A stretch of DNA of 64,000 nt from NCBI GenBank assembly GCA_002104905.1, contig MCFE01000110.1, positions 104,043 through 168,042 on the forward strand. The letters are read 5' to 3'. This document shows positions 41,726 to 55,051 of the stretch, in pieces (the stretch's first letter is position 1; each line of letters begins with the position of its first letter). The notes below the pieces were generated by a model, which was not told where the DNA came from, ran no database searches, and was given only the letters and a program-made list of their open reading frames with translations. Source of the DNA: Basidiobolus meristosporus CBS 931.73 (Eukaryota; Fungi; Basidiobolomycota). A program made the translations under genes and the position numbers.

Positions 41726-43364
41726 TTACATGATCCTGTGCTTCACCATGATGGTGACTCCACAAATGAATGTAAGAACAAGGAACCCAACTAGCCCATA
41801 AAACCAAGCTAGGTTTTCAGTATCCTGCCCAGGGACATGAACATTCATTCCCCACAGTCCAGTGATAATATTCATAGGAACGATGACTGATGCGATGGCG
41901 GTTAGCTTGGCAACGACGTCATTTGTACGGTTGCTCGACTGCGTGATTTCAATGGAGATTTGGGTCAGGTAGTTTGAGTGGGCCCTAGACAGGATCTTCT
42001 CGTAGTGCGACGCATTCTGAACCATGGTAAGGATGTGATCTTAAAGAAATACTCTGAGTGTTGGGGTGGGCAACCTCAACTTCATACCAGTACTAACCTT
42101 GAACATCTCCCAAGTACAAGCTCATCTCGTCAGCAGGTTTACTGTGTTCCTGAAGATGGTTACCGGTTCGCTTGATAACACCTTTGACACAATCTCCCTT
42201 CGGCTTCAGAAGACGCAAAACGCCAGATATTGCTTTCCGAGCATTCCCAATACGGCGTAATAAATCTGACTGTTCGGACTCCTTTAAGATAAACACCAAC
42301 TCGTCAATAGAGTCCGATTCCATTTCTAAGTTCTCAACCAGAGGTATGAAGGCGTCCACAACAGAGTCCATTAATGCGTAGTTAATCCAGTCTAGTCCAG
42401 ACATGTTAGCTGCGTGGATGGGGCTGTTCGATAACTTCATATTACCTGGGGTGACTTGGATGTAATCCCTCAAATGGTCAATACGGTCGAGTACATTCTG
42501 CAGATGTGGAGTTGGTCGGTAATGAAACTACATCCGAAGATTAATAACATCTCTTCAGTGGCCAATCGGATCACTACTTGTTACCAACCGATATAATGGA
42601 ATCTTTGCGAACTATGTTGAACAAACTAACGGCGTTCTCTACGTATGCTTCTGCCACGTTGAATTGTTCGAACATATCAAAGGTCTGGAAATTTACGAAA
42701 TAATAGTTCTTGAAAGATTCGCACTTTTCTCGAGTCTCTTCAGCTTGGATATCTTCCGTGGTTAAAGGATGAATCCGAAATACCTAAAAGATGTCAATAC
42801 TCGATGCCAACGGATATGCGCCTTCTTAGGTTACCTTGCTGAGCCATTTGAGTTCACTGTCGCTAGGCGCAAGGATATCTAGCCAGAAACCACCTGAACA
42901 TATCAAATCTTCCGTAGACGACTTCTCTGTGGCAATATCGGTCATATTGAAGCCTTTAATGACTCCTGCTTTAGAGGAGTAGAAAGTGAAACGCGGCTCT
43001 TCATTGTACTGAAAGGAGGATTCGGACTTAGAGTGGTGAGTCAACATACAGGCAAGAATATACATACCAGGGAATAGTCTGAAATGCTCCGCTTTCTTCC
43101 AGTTGAGAGCTTGCGCTGGTGTGGTTCAAATCTCCCACGAGACAAAAACTCTTGCAGAGCCTTTACATCAATCTCCTCGTTATTCTGACTTGGATTGTCT
43201 GTTGGAAAGCAAACATCCTCCTCAGCATTCGGCAGCAGGTCGTCTACTGTAGTAGGAATGTCGGTGGCGGATTCGAATACAATATGCGAGTTTTCGTCTA
43301 TTGTAAGGATAGTATTTGATGGTTTGTCATTCTGAAGATTTCTATGCTCTTCTTGGTTGTTCAT
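41726..43364 (-). CDS. CorA-family Mg2+ transporter (Alr1/Mnr2-like), multi-exon
   Basis: FWLDILAPSDSELKWLSK, FRIHPLTTEDIQ, DWINYALMDSVVDAF, YLGDVQD, PMNIITGLWGMNVHVPG (GMN motif) and two TM helices. Confidence 0.93.
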
Positions 43365-46352
43365 TTCCCACCAGAGTTCAAGAACTAGTGGTGTTGAGGG
43401 GGATTTGAAGGTCGTTTAGCGGCGAAGTCTGGTAAGATATAATTGGAAATTCAATCAGTGCCTAAAACAAATCTTGATCAAAGTGGATTGGATCTAAAAG
43501 ATAAAAGGAAATCCAATTCCCAAAGATCATTCAAAGAAGTAGCTAATCTGGCCACATCGTAAATGGCCGATTTAGTTTATTACGTAAAAGTGGTTATCTA
43601 ACATGTCTTACTGCTTGGCCCCTGAAATAAATGAGCAGTGGTTTGAGTTTCCTAACATTGATGGTCCATCAGTGAGCAGATGGAGATTACTGTATAGCTC
43701 TCCAGGTGATTCTCTGCAAAATGGTCACCCATTAACACATAGTGCACCATTATGATAAGCCCTATAATCTCCTAAGCCCTGTATCAATATTGCAGATGGG
43801 GGAATGATGGATAACTTCCTTAGCACGGAAGCGCGCAGCACCATGAGCTCTGTATAATCGATGACGTCCGAATTGGCTGGATGCATGCGTGTCATCGGAA
43901 TGGCGAGGGATTTGCAGGAAGCGAGGTTTTTGATCCACCACAGAAGAGTCATGAAGATTGGGCGGAAATGAGCCAGAGAAAGTTACGGATCATCGCATGA
44001 TGTGGATGTGATAGGAATGGAGTGCGACTTGGCAAAGAGGTATTGTCACGCACATGACCTACAATGTTAGTGGTCATCATTAGCTGGAACGACCCCTTCA
44101 ATAATGGCCATTCCTGAGACATAAATACCCCAATCAAGTTCCATCACGAAAGCTCCTGCAAGGGTACTGTGAATTTCGGTCGAACGCTATTGCCTCTGGG
44201 CATGGCTTTCACGTTTTTGATGCTGATTGATTCCACTCCTCAAGGGGGGTGAATACGAAACGGAAGGATCCTCCATATTGAACGAGCAACGGTGTAGATA
44301 CACGTATATACAGCTTTCTGGGATAAATCATCGCCTTGCGTATAAAATCCCTGAATAAAAGGCTGCCGTATCGACTAAATCCAGATTCCTGATAGATCGT
44401 GTTGTACATGATTACCATCCAAAAGCACCTCATCCCATACGGTCTCCAGTAATCATCAAGTCTGGGCGCTAGAACAAAGCGAAAGGGGACATCTAGATCG
44501 CATTCTCCTCACACTTCTACCATTGCTTGATGAGTATTCCTGGTGCTGGCACCAGTGCTGTATAGAGAGCCAATGACCCGATGCCCTTACTTTGCAGATC
44601 AACTACTCTGGACTCTGAACGAGGTCTCTATCAAAGGATACTTTTAGGATTGGAACATGCTGCACTAGGTTTTATTCCACGACCAAACTGATTCAAGTTA
44701 ATTCTATCAATCCAACAAATCAAAGTTACACCCACCACTTGGTACTGGCAACGAATTGAGGTCGCAGCTGATTTTAAAAATCTCGGTATGCATTTCTTGG
44801 TGCCTAGTCTGCCAGCAAATAGGACTCCAGTCGCTCCTCGCCATCTCATTAAATTTCTCGGCATGCAATCGTGGCTGCTTTAGGAGGCACCATTTGACGC
44901 TTGAAACAAGACACAAGTATCAGGTGCCGACTGAAACAATGATTTTGAAAAGAGAATGATTTGCCACACCATGAAACGCTAATATAGATTTCTGACTGAA
45001 GATTGTGTCAAGCGGTACAAATGGAATCTGATAGCTGCTGGGGGGATATCGTCCCCTAAATGCTCCCATCATACTGCATGAGCAAAGGCAGTCATTAATT
45101 GAGATTCAGATGCAGGATACATTCTGGGAAGATTATGGATCACATCTAGTTTGACTTCTGGCCACTCGCTCCATTACATGGTTCAATAGGCAGCAAAGAC
45201 AACTCAATCGTTGAATAATGAAAGCAAAAGCCGCAGAAATATAGATCACTACTCTACACCAATCCAAAAGAAATTAGCTAGCTCAGCACCTAAACTTTTC
45301 ATAAAACTGAGCTTTCCACTTTGGAGATTATTGGGATTGAATATTATCGGAAGAAGTTCGCAGGAAATTCACCAATTCTTTGCGAGTCCTGGAGTTGCCA
45401 AAAATTTCAAACTAGTCCTCAAGCCACCAAGACGTACACACAGCCTCCAGCGGCCTTCCTCACGATATCTCCTTATAACTGTACATCACATCAAAAAATG
45501 CTGAGTAAATGAAAAATTTTGCTTTTGCCCTGCAAGTGTATGGTGCGTAATGGTCCATCAGCATCATTTTTCAAACTGATGTGTACCTTCAATATGGCAT
45601 AGCCTCCTATATCCTAGCAGAAGCTATTGATCAATGTCATACGGGAACCAGTGGAAACCATTGAGCTTGCAACTTTCGGATATCATGGCCAGAGGATTGA
45701 ATTGGGAGAAAGTGATTTGCAGTTCCAATAAATGGCAGTGCTCACTTGTAGGCGCAATGAGTTGAATGAGGATTTTAACATTATGATAGTGCCTTGCAAA
45801 ATATGTGGTATATGTGAAGCTTAGGGTCTATTGAAAATTCTGAAGGCTCCCCCTAAATACAGTCCAGCTAGTAAAAAATCAAAGTTTGAGTTTTCTACCA
45901 CAGATCTATTCTTGCACAATAGAACCACAGGAGCAACAACTTGGCAGCAGCATTTAGTCTAATTAAAGAGGCCTAAAGTCATATTCACTAGCCCTACCCT
46001 GATGCATGAGCTCAAAACCATCATTACCAAGTCAATTTAGAGAACAGGCACGCACTAAGAGGTAATGTAGACAAGTGGTTGCATTTGGTACCTTCTTGCT
46101 TTCCTAAAGCCAACAGTGCCAATGAACACCACAAAGCGGCATTGCAAAGCAATAAAATACCCCATCATGCCCATTTTACAGCATGAATTACTACCTACAG
46201 GGGAGCAGAGTTGTCGGATAACAATCAAAATAATGATATTAATCGTATAAATAAGAGTATCTTAAATAGCCCAACACTTCGATGTTCCTACAAGAGCTTC
46301 ACTATGCAGCATGGATTTTGAGTGGTATCAAGTGTCTCAGAAGGCTATGTCC

Positions 46353-47213
46353 TCACGCCTGGATATCCCAGTCACTGGAATAATTTCCGCCCCATCGGGC
46401 AACATAATGCCATACTTTTTTCAAATCTTGCTGGCTATATTTCCCAGTGGCTGCAGCATCTCCAATCTCCTTTGCAGTCAATATCCCGTCTTTCATTAAT
46501 GTTAGGCCAAGTCGTACATACTCTTCTCCACGGTAGTCCCACTGTTCCTCCATCACCTGGGACGACAAAACAAAACCAGAATGCCACTCAATCTTGCATG
46601 GTAATCGGTTTGCTGCCTCTTCCACTCTTGAATTTTTATAGCAGGGGTCGAGTACAAGCGCCTCGACATCCTTAGCGATCGACAGGGTGCCATGAATTTG
46701 TGTTTCAATATAGTCGTCAAGGATATCCTTCTGATCCGCGTTTGCGACATCAATTAAATACATACTTTGGGCTACGGAAAAATGCTCAGGGCAAAAATAA
46801 CTGTCTGGGTAACAAAAGGTCGCTCGGTCAAGGGTCTCTTCTTTGAGTCGGAAGAAGGCCGAGCCAAAACGAGGAGAACCCCCCAGATCGCGTTTTCTGA
46901 AGTTTAACGAGCCATATTTTGGGCGTTCTGAGGCAGGGGCAGAATCGTACACGCCTCCAAAAATGCGGCTTTCCCATTGCCATCTCTCGCCACCGACTGT
47001 GGCGGTCAAACCGCCGTTACTTGTCCCAGTTTCAAATTGGGAGCGGTACTCACCACTATCGGCCAACTCTTCAATCAAAAGACGGCCTTCGTAAAGCGTG
47101 TCTGGGTGGAAATGCGCGGTTATACGGAGATTTCGGTCCATGGGCAAGCCACTTTGGGCTTTTGAGGTAACATATTCAATAGCCTGCTTCTGCAGAGAAT
47201 CTTTGCATGTCAT
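46353..47213 (-). CDS. DUF3626-family protein, intronless, bacterial-type
   Basis: 286 aa with HFHPD, YRSQFETGTSNGGL, WESRIFGG.YD, RPKYGSLN, PRFGSAFFRL, TFCYPDS, DDYIETQIHG, LVLDPCY and LKKVWHYVARWG, as recalled from bacterial DUF3626 proteins. Confidence 0.85.
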   Translation of the reverse strand: MTCKDSLQKQAIEYVTSKAQSGLPMDRNLRITAHFHPDTLYEGRLLIEELADSGEYRSQFETGTSNGGLTATVGGERWQWESRIFGGVYDSAPASERPKYGSLNFRKRDLGGSPRFGSAFFRLKEETLDRATFCYPDSYFCPEHFSVAQSMYLIDVANADQKDILDDYIETQIHGTLSIAKDVEALVLDPCYKNSRVEEAANRLPCKIEWHSGFVLSSQVMEEQWDYRGEEYVRLGLTLMKDGILTAKEIGDAAATGKYSQQDLKKVWHYVARWGGNYSSDWDIQA

Positions 47214-48148
47214 GAGGTGAAAATTAGTCGGTCAATCTCCAAGTCACTTATATGTCAAATAAATACCCATTCACTACATACAAGCAGACTTGAACCAGCC
47301 TGGTAGTGTTGAGAGTATATGACGCATACTTGCACCCTAAATGTCACAATACCGTGGCTCGAAATTGATCAAACCGACTTTTCCATCTAAGTCTATTCCT
47401 GTCCAAAACAATGAAAAATGCGTAAATTCAAGGGGTATTAACCCAATCCTTTGGGGACTGTCACAAACGAGATTGCCGGGTACTTGGTGTTATCTTCAAA
47501 TTATTAAATCTCTGGCTATTTTGAATAGGGCGTAACCCCCGCTTCCTGGACAGCAGATGCTCCCCAGATGGCTCCTAGAAAATCTGGCTGTCAGTTTCAT
47601 CTACACTACGGCAAACGTTACCTTCAACAGATAGCAGCCTTCATTTGGGGAACATCGTGAAGACACTTCCGGCAGATACGTCGTAGCCATCCAGTCTATC
47701 AAGCTGGGATAGACGCAGAAAGCGCTGCATAGGTGAGCAAATACTGCCCGTACTGTCAGCATCCTCAGTTGATGATACGAGAGCTAAATGAAGGGATCTC
47801 GGTTCCTTTTAATGCTTGGAAAGCTGTCATTGGGGCCCAATGGCGAAGATTATGGTACTCGTATTTGCAAGGCGGATTGTTTTTCCATGCATGGCTCCCT
47901 GAGCGCACCGTTGTCATAAGCTTTCGCGCAGAGATCTTCCGGCAATATGTTTCCCCAAGAAATATAAACGGCATATCAGGCTTCGGTGCATTATGCGGCC
48001 ATTCTATTCATCCTCGCCAAAGTATTGCGTGATTTTACAACCTGCTGCCCAGCTATAAATACGATATTGTAACATAGTTGGTAGATTCAATTGTCCTGCC
48101 GGGGTTTCCCTTTCTCCCAATCCACCAAACCTACCTCACATTGTCGTC

Positions 48149-48811
48149 ATGTCAGCTCTCCGTCTTGGTAACATTGCCCCGGATTTCGAAGCTATGTCCA
48201 CCAAAGGTCCTATATCCTTTCACAAATGGATTGGCGACTCCTGGGCTGTCTTTTTCTCTCATCCCTGCGATTTCACACCGGTATGTACCACTGAGCTTAG
48301 TGAGGTAGCCCGGCTCTCAGGTGAGTTCGAGAGGCGTGGGGTGAAAGCTATCGACTTGGCAGTCAGTGACTTGGAGAGCCACAACAAATGGATCGAAGAC
48401 GTTAACGAGATCGGTAATGTTGACGTTCAGTTCCCCATTATCGCAGATCCAGACCGCAGGATCGCTGGTCTCTACGGTATGTTGGATTCCGAGGAGCATG
48501 ATCCTACTAACGTAGTAGACGGTATCCCGTTTACTGTTCGTAGTGTGTTCGTTATCGATCCGACAAAGAAGATTCGTCTAATAATCACTTACCCCGCCAG
48601 CTGTGGTCGTAACTTCCATGAAATCCTTAGAGTCATAGACTCCCTTCAGCTTAGTGACAGAAAGAAGATCGTTACACCAGCCAATTGGACCCCGGGTAAG
48701 GATGTACTGGCTCATGTCAGCTTGAGTAAGGAGGAGGCAGAGAAAGAGTTCCCGGGCCACAGAGAGGTTAAACCCTATCTACGCTTGGTGTCCCTACCCA
48801 CCGATGCCTGA
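48149..48811 (+). CDS. PRX1: 1-Cys peroxiredoxin (Prx6/Prx1 type), intronless
   Basis: FSHPCDFTPVCTTE, FPIIAD, TVRSVFVIDP, YPASCGRNFHEILRVIDSLQL, TPANW. Confidence 0.95.
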   Translation: MSALRLGNIAPDFEAMSTKGPISFHKWIGDSWAVFFSHPCDFTPVCTTELSEVARLSGEFERRGVKAIDLAVSDLESHNKWIEDVNEIGNVDVQFPIIADPDRRIAGLYGMLDSEEHDPTNVVDGIPFTVRSVFVIDPTKKIRLIITYPASCGRNFHEILRVIDSLQLSDRKKIVTPANWTPGKDVLAHVSLSKEEAEKEFPGHREVKPYLRLVSLPTDA

Positions 48812-50000
48812 TACAGCCATTCGATTTAGATATGGAAGCACAATAAATAAGTCCAAATACCTGAAATGGTTTGTTCAGACTGCAAGGGCAATCAATATCG
48901 CTCAGAATCGTCACTTCATTGCTACTTTCGTGAATGGTATCCGGCTCGAGGGATATCACCTCCAATGCCGGCTAAATCTTTACACATTGCAGCGACTATA
49001 TATGGGTCACCAAAGCATTTACGCTGGGTGCTCAGATTGCCCAACTAAATATAGCATATGGCGTGTGTTAGAATTTAGATCAAGCGCTGTGGACTTGTAG
49101 CACTGGATACAAGGTGCATAAATATGCTCGTACAGTTGGAGCCGGTTCTTTTAACCATTTTCCCTAGGCATTGCCATACTTATGGCTGCAGTCTATGCTA
49201 TCGTGGTCGATGAACTGTCTTGTAGCAACTGGCTGCCAGCAGCATCGAGCTTCAGGCCTAACAAATGTGATTTAGGGTATTACAATATTTGTCACTCGGA
49301 GCTTTATCGAGTTAAAACGGATTCTTTCTATTTCTCACCAGCATTATATTTGAGTTGGGCAAAATTAACTTGAATCTTATTTCATTTCCATCATATCAAC
49401 TGTAAAATCGGTTTCTATGAAAGATTAGGTGTAGAACCAACTATTATATCATGAACACGGGATTGTTTTATATATCGTCTGGTGTGTAGCCAGTGAAGGC
49501 CTGTGATACAATGCTATTGAAAGCTACCAGATGTCCTGGTTCTATTAATCCAATCTTTCAATTATAATCGAGTCAACGGGTAGATAGCAAGCAATGAATA
49601 GTCCGCAAAGCTAGGGTGTTTGGCTTTCATTCAAGGAGGAGGCAACACCACAATTGCTATATTGATGTGTTGTAAGAGTCTTGGAGATATTGGAAGTGAT
49701 TTGGAGAACAAGTAGATTATGTGTTTTTCACTTAATGATTTATTGAATGTAAAAGTAGTATTTATACTTTTACGTGGTCTTGGCATTGCAAACACGTAGA
49801 ATAGGTTAAGGAAGGTCCCAAGAACATGTGTGCAAAGTTTGGGGCTGTTTGGACAACTTTGAGAATTTTCATGTTCTGGGTAAATATTCTAAGTAAATCC
49901 CAACAAGGAATTTGGTCAGTATTCTCTAGGATTTGAAGGTGATGATCTAAGTGACTAAGTTAGGTGAATATTTAGGTGGAAAATACAAATTTTTACAACA

Positions 50001-50010
50001 CTCCCACTCA
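50001..50010 (-). promoter_or_regulatory. Polypurine tract of the copia element
   Basis: TGAGTGGGAG directly abutting the 3' LTR on the minus strand. Confidence 0.8.
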
Positions 50011-51323
50011 GCTAAATGTTCATACTGACTAGTCCTAATTTTGACCTAAGATATTCAAACTTGTCTCTAGCTAATGGTTTGGTAAATATGTCTGCAATCA
50101 TTTCATCTGTAGGACAGTAAACTAAGCTAACTAAGTTATTCTCTATAGCTTCACATATGAAATGATGTCTAATATCTATGTGCTTGGTTCTAGCATGAAA
50201 AGTTGGATTTCTACCTAATTGTATACATCCTTGATTATCTTGAAATAAAGTAATAGGCGTTTTTTGACATAGGCCTAAATCTGTAAAGAGCTTTCTTAAC
50301 CACATTGCTTCTTTTGTAGCTTCACAGGCTGCCATATACTCTGCCTCTGTAGTAGAAAGTGCTACGGTTGGTTGCTTTCTTGAATTCCATGAAATGGCTC
50401 CTTTACAGTAAAGAAAGGTGTATCCTGTGGTGGATCTTCTGTCTTCTAAATTTCGTCCCCAATCAGCATCAGAGTATCCCACAAGATCCTGTTCTGAATC
50501 CTTATAAGTGTATCTTAAGCAGATATCAGCAGTTCCTTTTAGGTATCTAAAAATCCGCTTAACTGCTGCAATATGATCAGATCCATAATTCTGATTATGT
50601 TGGCTGACAACTCCCACTGAATATGAGATATCTGGACGTGTTCCAAGCATGATATACATCAGACTGCCGACCATAGATTGATAAGGAAAGTCAGGGCTTT
50701 CAGATGGCACCAAGCTCTCTTGATTTGGTTGAGTTTTGACCAAGTTAAGGTTTGTCTCCATTGGGGTAGCTGCCGGTTTACAGTCTTCCATTTTGTACTT
50801 CTTTAGTATATCTTGAATATACTTGGATTGGCTTAGGGTAATAGTCTGGGTACTTCTGTCTATGGAGAACTTAATCCCTAAGTAGTAACTAAGTTCTCCT
50901 AGATTGGACATCTTGAACTCCTTAGATAGGCTGGATTTAGTCTCTTCCAATGTTTCTAGGTTATTGGCGGCTATAATAAGATCATCCACATATAGAGCTA
51001 ATAGAACTGGATTTGCTCTATCTGGCTTATAGTATATACTATAGTCAGCATTACTCCTTTTGAAACTCAAAGATTCCAAATAAGAATCTATCTTGCAATT
51101 CCAGGCTCTTGGTGATTGTTTGAGACCATATAGTGACTTTTTAAGCTTGCAGACCAAATGGGGGTTATCTTGGTCAACAAACCCATCAGGCTGGTCCATA
51201 TACACGTCCTCATCAAGTTCTCCATTCAAAAAATGCAGTTTTTACATCCATTTGATGGATAAAAAACTTATATTTGGCTGCAATAGCCAATATTAATCTG
51301 ATGGAATTAAACTTGGCTACCGG

Positions 51324-52394
51324 TGTGGTGGTGTATAGGTCCAAGGGAGAGATACATCCAACACTTCTCAAGTGTTTTGTGTGTGGGGTGTTCACTGGGT
51401 GCGATAACCTCTGGCAAAAGCTTGCTAGGAATACTTGGGTTCTGTCTCTAATCTAATGTGAAGGGGAATAAAGCCACAAGCTTGTCAAGGGAAAACTATT
51501 GAGCTACAATCCCCAACTTAGTTGGCGTCTTAACAAAAGTATGTGCTGGGTTCAGCGTCCTTTGAGATGACAATGTACTAAAGCTTCCAAAGTCAAAACA
51601 ACTGTAAACTCCACCAGCCGGGACTTGATAAGAATGCAGCTTTGGTCAATAGTTACAAAGACAGAAAAGTATCTTTGCCTGTACAAGAACAAACTTGGGA
51701 AAGAATCAAATATAATAAAAGATACCTACTCTGAGTATTCCTCACAAGTAGTGCCTCCAAGGTCAGTTGGCTGTCAGCGCGGTTTCCTGGGAGTGTCCTG
51801 TGGTCTAGGGTTGGAAGTTCAGGTAGCAGCAGGTAGCAGTGATCACACTAATCAACAAGTCGGTATATTGATAAAAGGGATGATGATTTATTGTTGAGGG
51901 ATAGCCTCCCTTATATACTTTTCTCACTGGCTAAGTGATTACTAATCAAGGTGTTCCAGAAGGTTCCGGAGATCAATAGAAATCTTAATGACATCAGAAT
52001 GACCTAAGAATGTTCTAAGTAGGTGCCGGAAGGTTCTAAGAGGCACAGCACATCCAACCAATCAGGAATCAGTATTCTGAAACCTGTGTAACATGGGGAT
52101 ACCATATATGGTATGGAAATGGTAGGGATGGTGACACGGGCTGATCATGTGTCACGGGTACTGGCGCGGGTACTTGCCTAATATAGAAGTACTTATAGCT
52201 AGTAATCTTACATAAAGTGAGGGGTAACTTATGCAATAAGGTAAGCAGGTGTGATAGTCAACCGGCTTATGGGATAGTACTGATTGGGTAAGACAAATGG
52301 GATAAAACTAAAATAAGTGTAGTAGAGATATAGGGAAGTAGAAAATAAGGGAATGAGCACATCTGTCAGTGGGTGTCACTGTCACCCCACTACA
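51324..52394 (-). mobile_element. 1071 bp solo LTR (probably Ty3/gypsy-type) nested in the copia RT
   Basis: TG..CA ends with imperfect inverted repeat (TGTGGTGG/CCACTACA) and 4 bp TSD CCGG splitting FAPV|AK. On the minus strand TATATAAG (about 51912-51919) is followed by AATAAA. Confidence 0.75.
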
Positions 52395-55051
52395 CCGGTG
52401 CAAAGGTCTCAGTATAGTCAAGTCCTTTTGTTTGAGAGTATCCTTTGGCTACAAGTCTTGCTTTGTATCTTTCAATTGTACCATCAGCCTTGTATTTTGT
52501 CTTGAAGACCCATCTGCATCCAATGATTTTCGGTTGATTGGTAATTTGACTAAGTCCCAAGTTTGATTTTCCATCAGGGCCTGATATTCCTCAGTCATTG
52601 CAGATCTCCAAAACTTTGTCTGAGGGCTATTTAGGGCCTCTTTTACAGTCTGGGGTTCATCAACATGGACTGAATAGGCATAGGCTAAGTTTGTACCCTC
52701 ATTGATATAGTAATTTGGGCTATTTCTTGTCCAATTGGATCTCCGGGCATTTGATACTGGAATGATCACTTCTGGGATATTCCTGGGCACTGATTCTGGC
52801 TGAACCACGGTTGTAGAGTCCTCTGGAGTGAAAAAATTTTCATTGTTTTGCTCTGATTCAATCCTGACAATTGGTGGACTTGAGATCAAATTTTCGTCAT
52901 CATCTGATGTCATTTTTTGTGAACATTTTGAATTTTCATCAAACAACTCATCCCTGGACTTGATCAGCTTCTTTGCTTTGGTATTGTAGAGTCTATATGC
53001 CTTACTCTCATTGCAGTAGCCCAAAAATATGCATTTTACACTTTTTGGCTCAAATTTTGACTGATTTCCGGCCAGTTTTTTGGCATATGCTGTACACCCA
53101 AATATTCTTAGATGTTCTGCACTTGGTCTGCATCCATACCATGCTTCAAATGGAGTAGAATCACAAAGTATTCTGTTATAACTCCTTATTTTTAAGATAT
53201 ACAGCAGTGGCAACAGATTCTGCCCAAAAATCATAGGATAATTTTTGATCATGGATCATAGATCTTGCCATATCAATTATTGATCTGTTAGCTTGTTCTG
53301 CTACTCCATTTTGCTGTGGGGAGTATGGTACAGTAGTCTCTTGCTTTATCCCATGAATTTTGCAGAAGTGGATGAAGAGTTTTGAGGTATATTCTCCACC
53401 ATTGTCAGAGCGTATTTTCTTGATTTTTTCACCAGTTTCTCTCTCCACCATGGCTTTAAACTCCCTGAGCTTAGACAGAGCTTCTTCCTTTCTCTCCATG
53501 AAGTAGACCCATGTGTATCTTGTATAATCATCAATAAAAGTGATTAAATACTTCATCCCGCCTAAGGATAAATTTTGCATAGGTCCACACAGATCTGAGT
53601 GAATTAGATCTAACTTTTTCTTAGTTTTGATTAACCCAGAGCTCTTGAACGGTTGTCTGGCTTGTTTCCCATATATGCAGGCTTCACAGTGCTCCAAAAT
53701 AGCTGGGGGATCAATTTTCACTCCAGAAATTAGCTGATCTTTGATCATTTTACGCAAATAATCAAAATTGATGTGTCCAAATCTCCTGTGCCAAAGCATT
53801 GGTGTTTCTTCATTTAAGTTACTTATATTGGCTTCCAGATATGATGGAATATAAGTCAACTTGTATAGGTTCTGATCTCTGATGCCCAAAGCAATATGAG
53901 CACCAGTTTGATCAGTGATCCTGCATCCAGAATTGTCAAAACTGAAACTGAGTCCTTCTGCTGTGGCCTTGCTTACAGAGAGTAGGTTCTTGGCTATTTC
54001 TGGTACATAGAGTACTTCTTTAAAGGTCAGTGTATGGCTTCCTTAACTGCTTCTAAGGATTACTTGGATAGTTCCTTCTCCCACTGCATCAAGTGTTCTA
54101 TCGTCACCCATGAAAACCTTCTTAATTGGAATTTCTTGATATTGGGTAAAAAGTTCTTTTTGGTGTGTAAAGTGTTGAGAAGCTCCAGAGTCAATATACC
54201 ACGTCTGAGAATCCTTGTTTGTGGTCATATTTAGTGCAGATATGAATAGTCTATCTTCAGTTGTTGCAGCATTTCCATATTCAGGCTTCTTTTGCTGATA
54301 ATCTTTCTGTTTGAAACACCGGTCTGATGTGTGTCCTTTCCTTTTGCAGTAGTTACAAAACAGGTTGCTGTTGCCTTTGTAGGGTCTTGGGTACCTCCTT
54401 TGTTGGTTATCATTGCTTATTAAAGCATTTTCTTCTTCCTTCTTATTGGCGCTTGATTTTCTTAATTCTTCATCCAGGAGCCTTCCATATACGTAATTTA
54501 AGGTCAAATCTTCAGTTCTGGACTCTAGGGCTGATACAAGGCCCTGAAACTCGTCTGTCAGGCTATTCAGGATGGTAACTATCACATCCTCATCAGTAGT
54601 TGGTACGCCCACAGATTCCATCTCATCTACCAGCAGGGTAATTCTGTTAATTAGATTTTTCAGTTCTTCTCCTGGCAGCATCTTTGTAGTAAAGAATTTT
54701 TGTCTCAGATACATTTTCTTGGCAGCTGAACATGACTGGTAGGTGTCTTCTAATGCCTTCCAGGCATTCTTTGCCGTTTTTGCTCTTGAGCATTGAATTA
54801 GCAATTTGTCCTTGACATTAAGGCAAATGCAGTTAAAGGCACTTTGTTCTTTCTTCTGGTACTTTAAAGCTTCCTCTCCCACGTTTTTAGGAGGGCATTC
54901 TTCTCCCATGACAATATCCCAAAGGCCTCTTTCTTGCAGCAGCATCTTCATCTTCACCTTCCACACTTGGTAGTTAGATCCATCCAACTTTTCAGCAGAG
55001 GGAAAAATTCCAGTAATAGCAGTAGTAGACATTGCAGAGAGTGACAGCTTG

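Noticed and set aside
43131-43146. GGTTCAAATC T-loop-like motif
   Set aside because: It lies inside the CorA coding exon with no tRNA cloverleaf.
43700-46300. Possible decayed transposon fragments (also 2990-4800, 17880-18660, 38000-40300)
   Set aside because: No domain motif, terminal repeat or TSD could be identified by eye, so no call was made.
15256-48811. Apparent oxidative-stress cluster (2 GSTs, IBA57, SOD2, PRX1)
   Set aside because: The genes are interspersed with unrelated housekeeping genes over 33 kb and I saw no shared element; likely coincidence.
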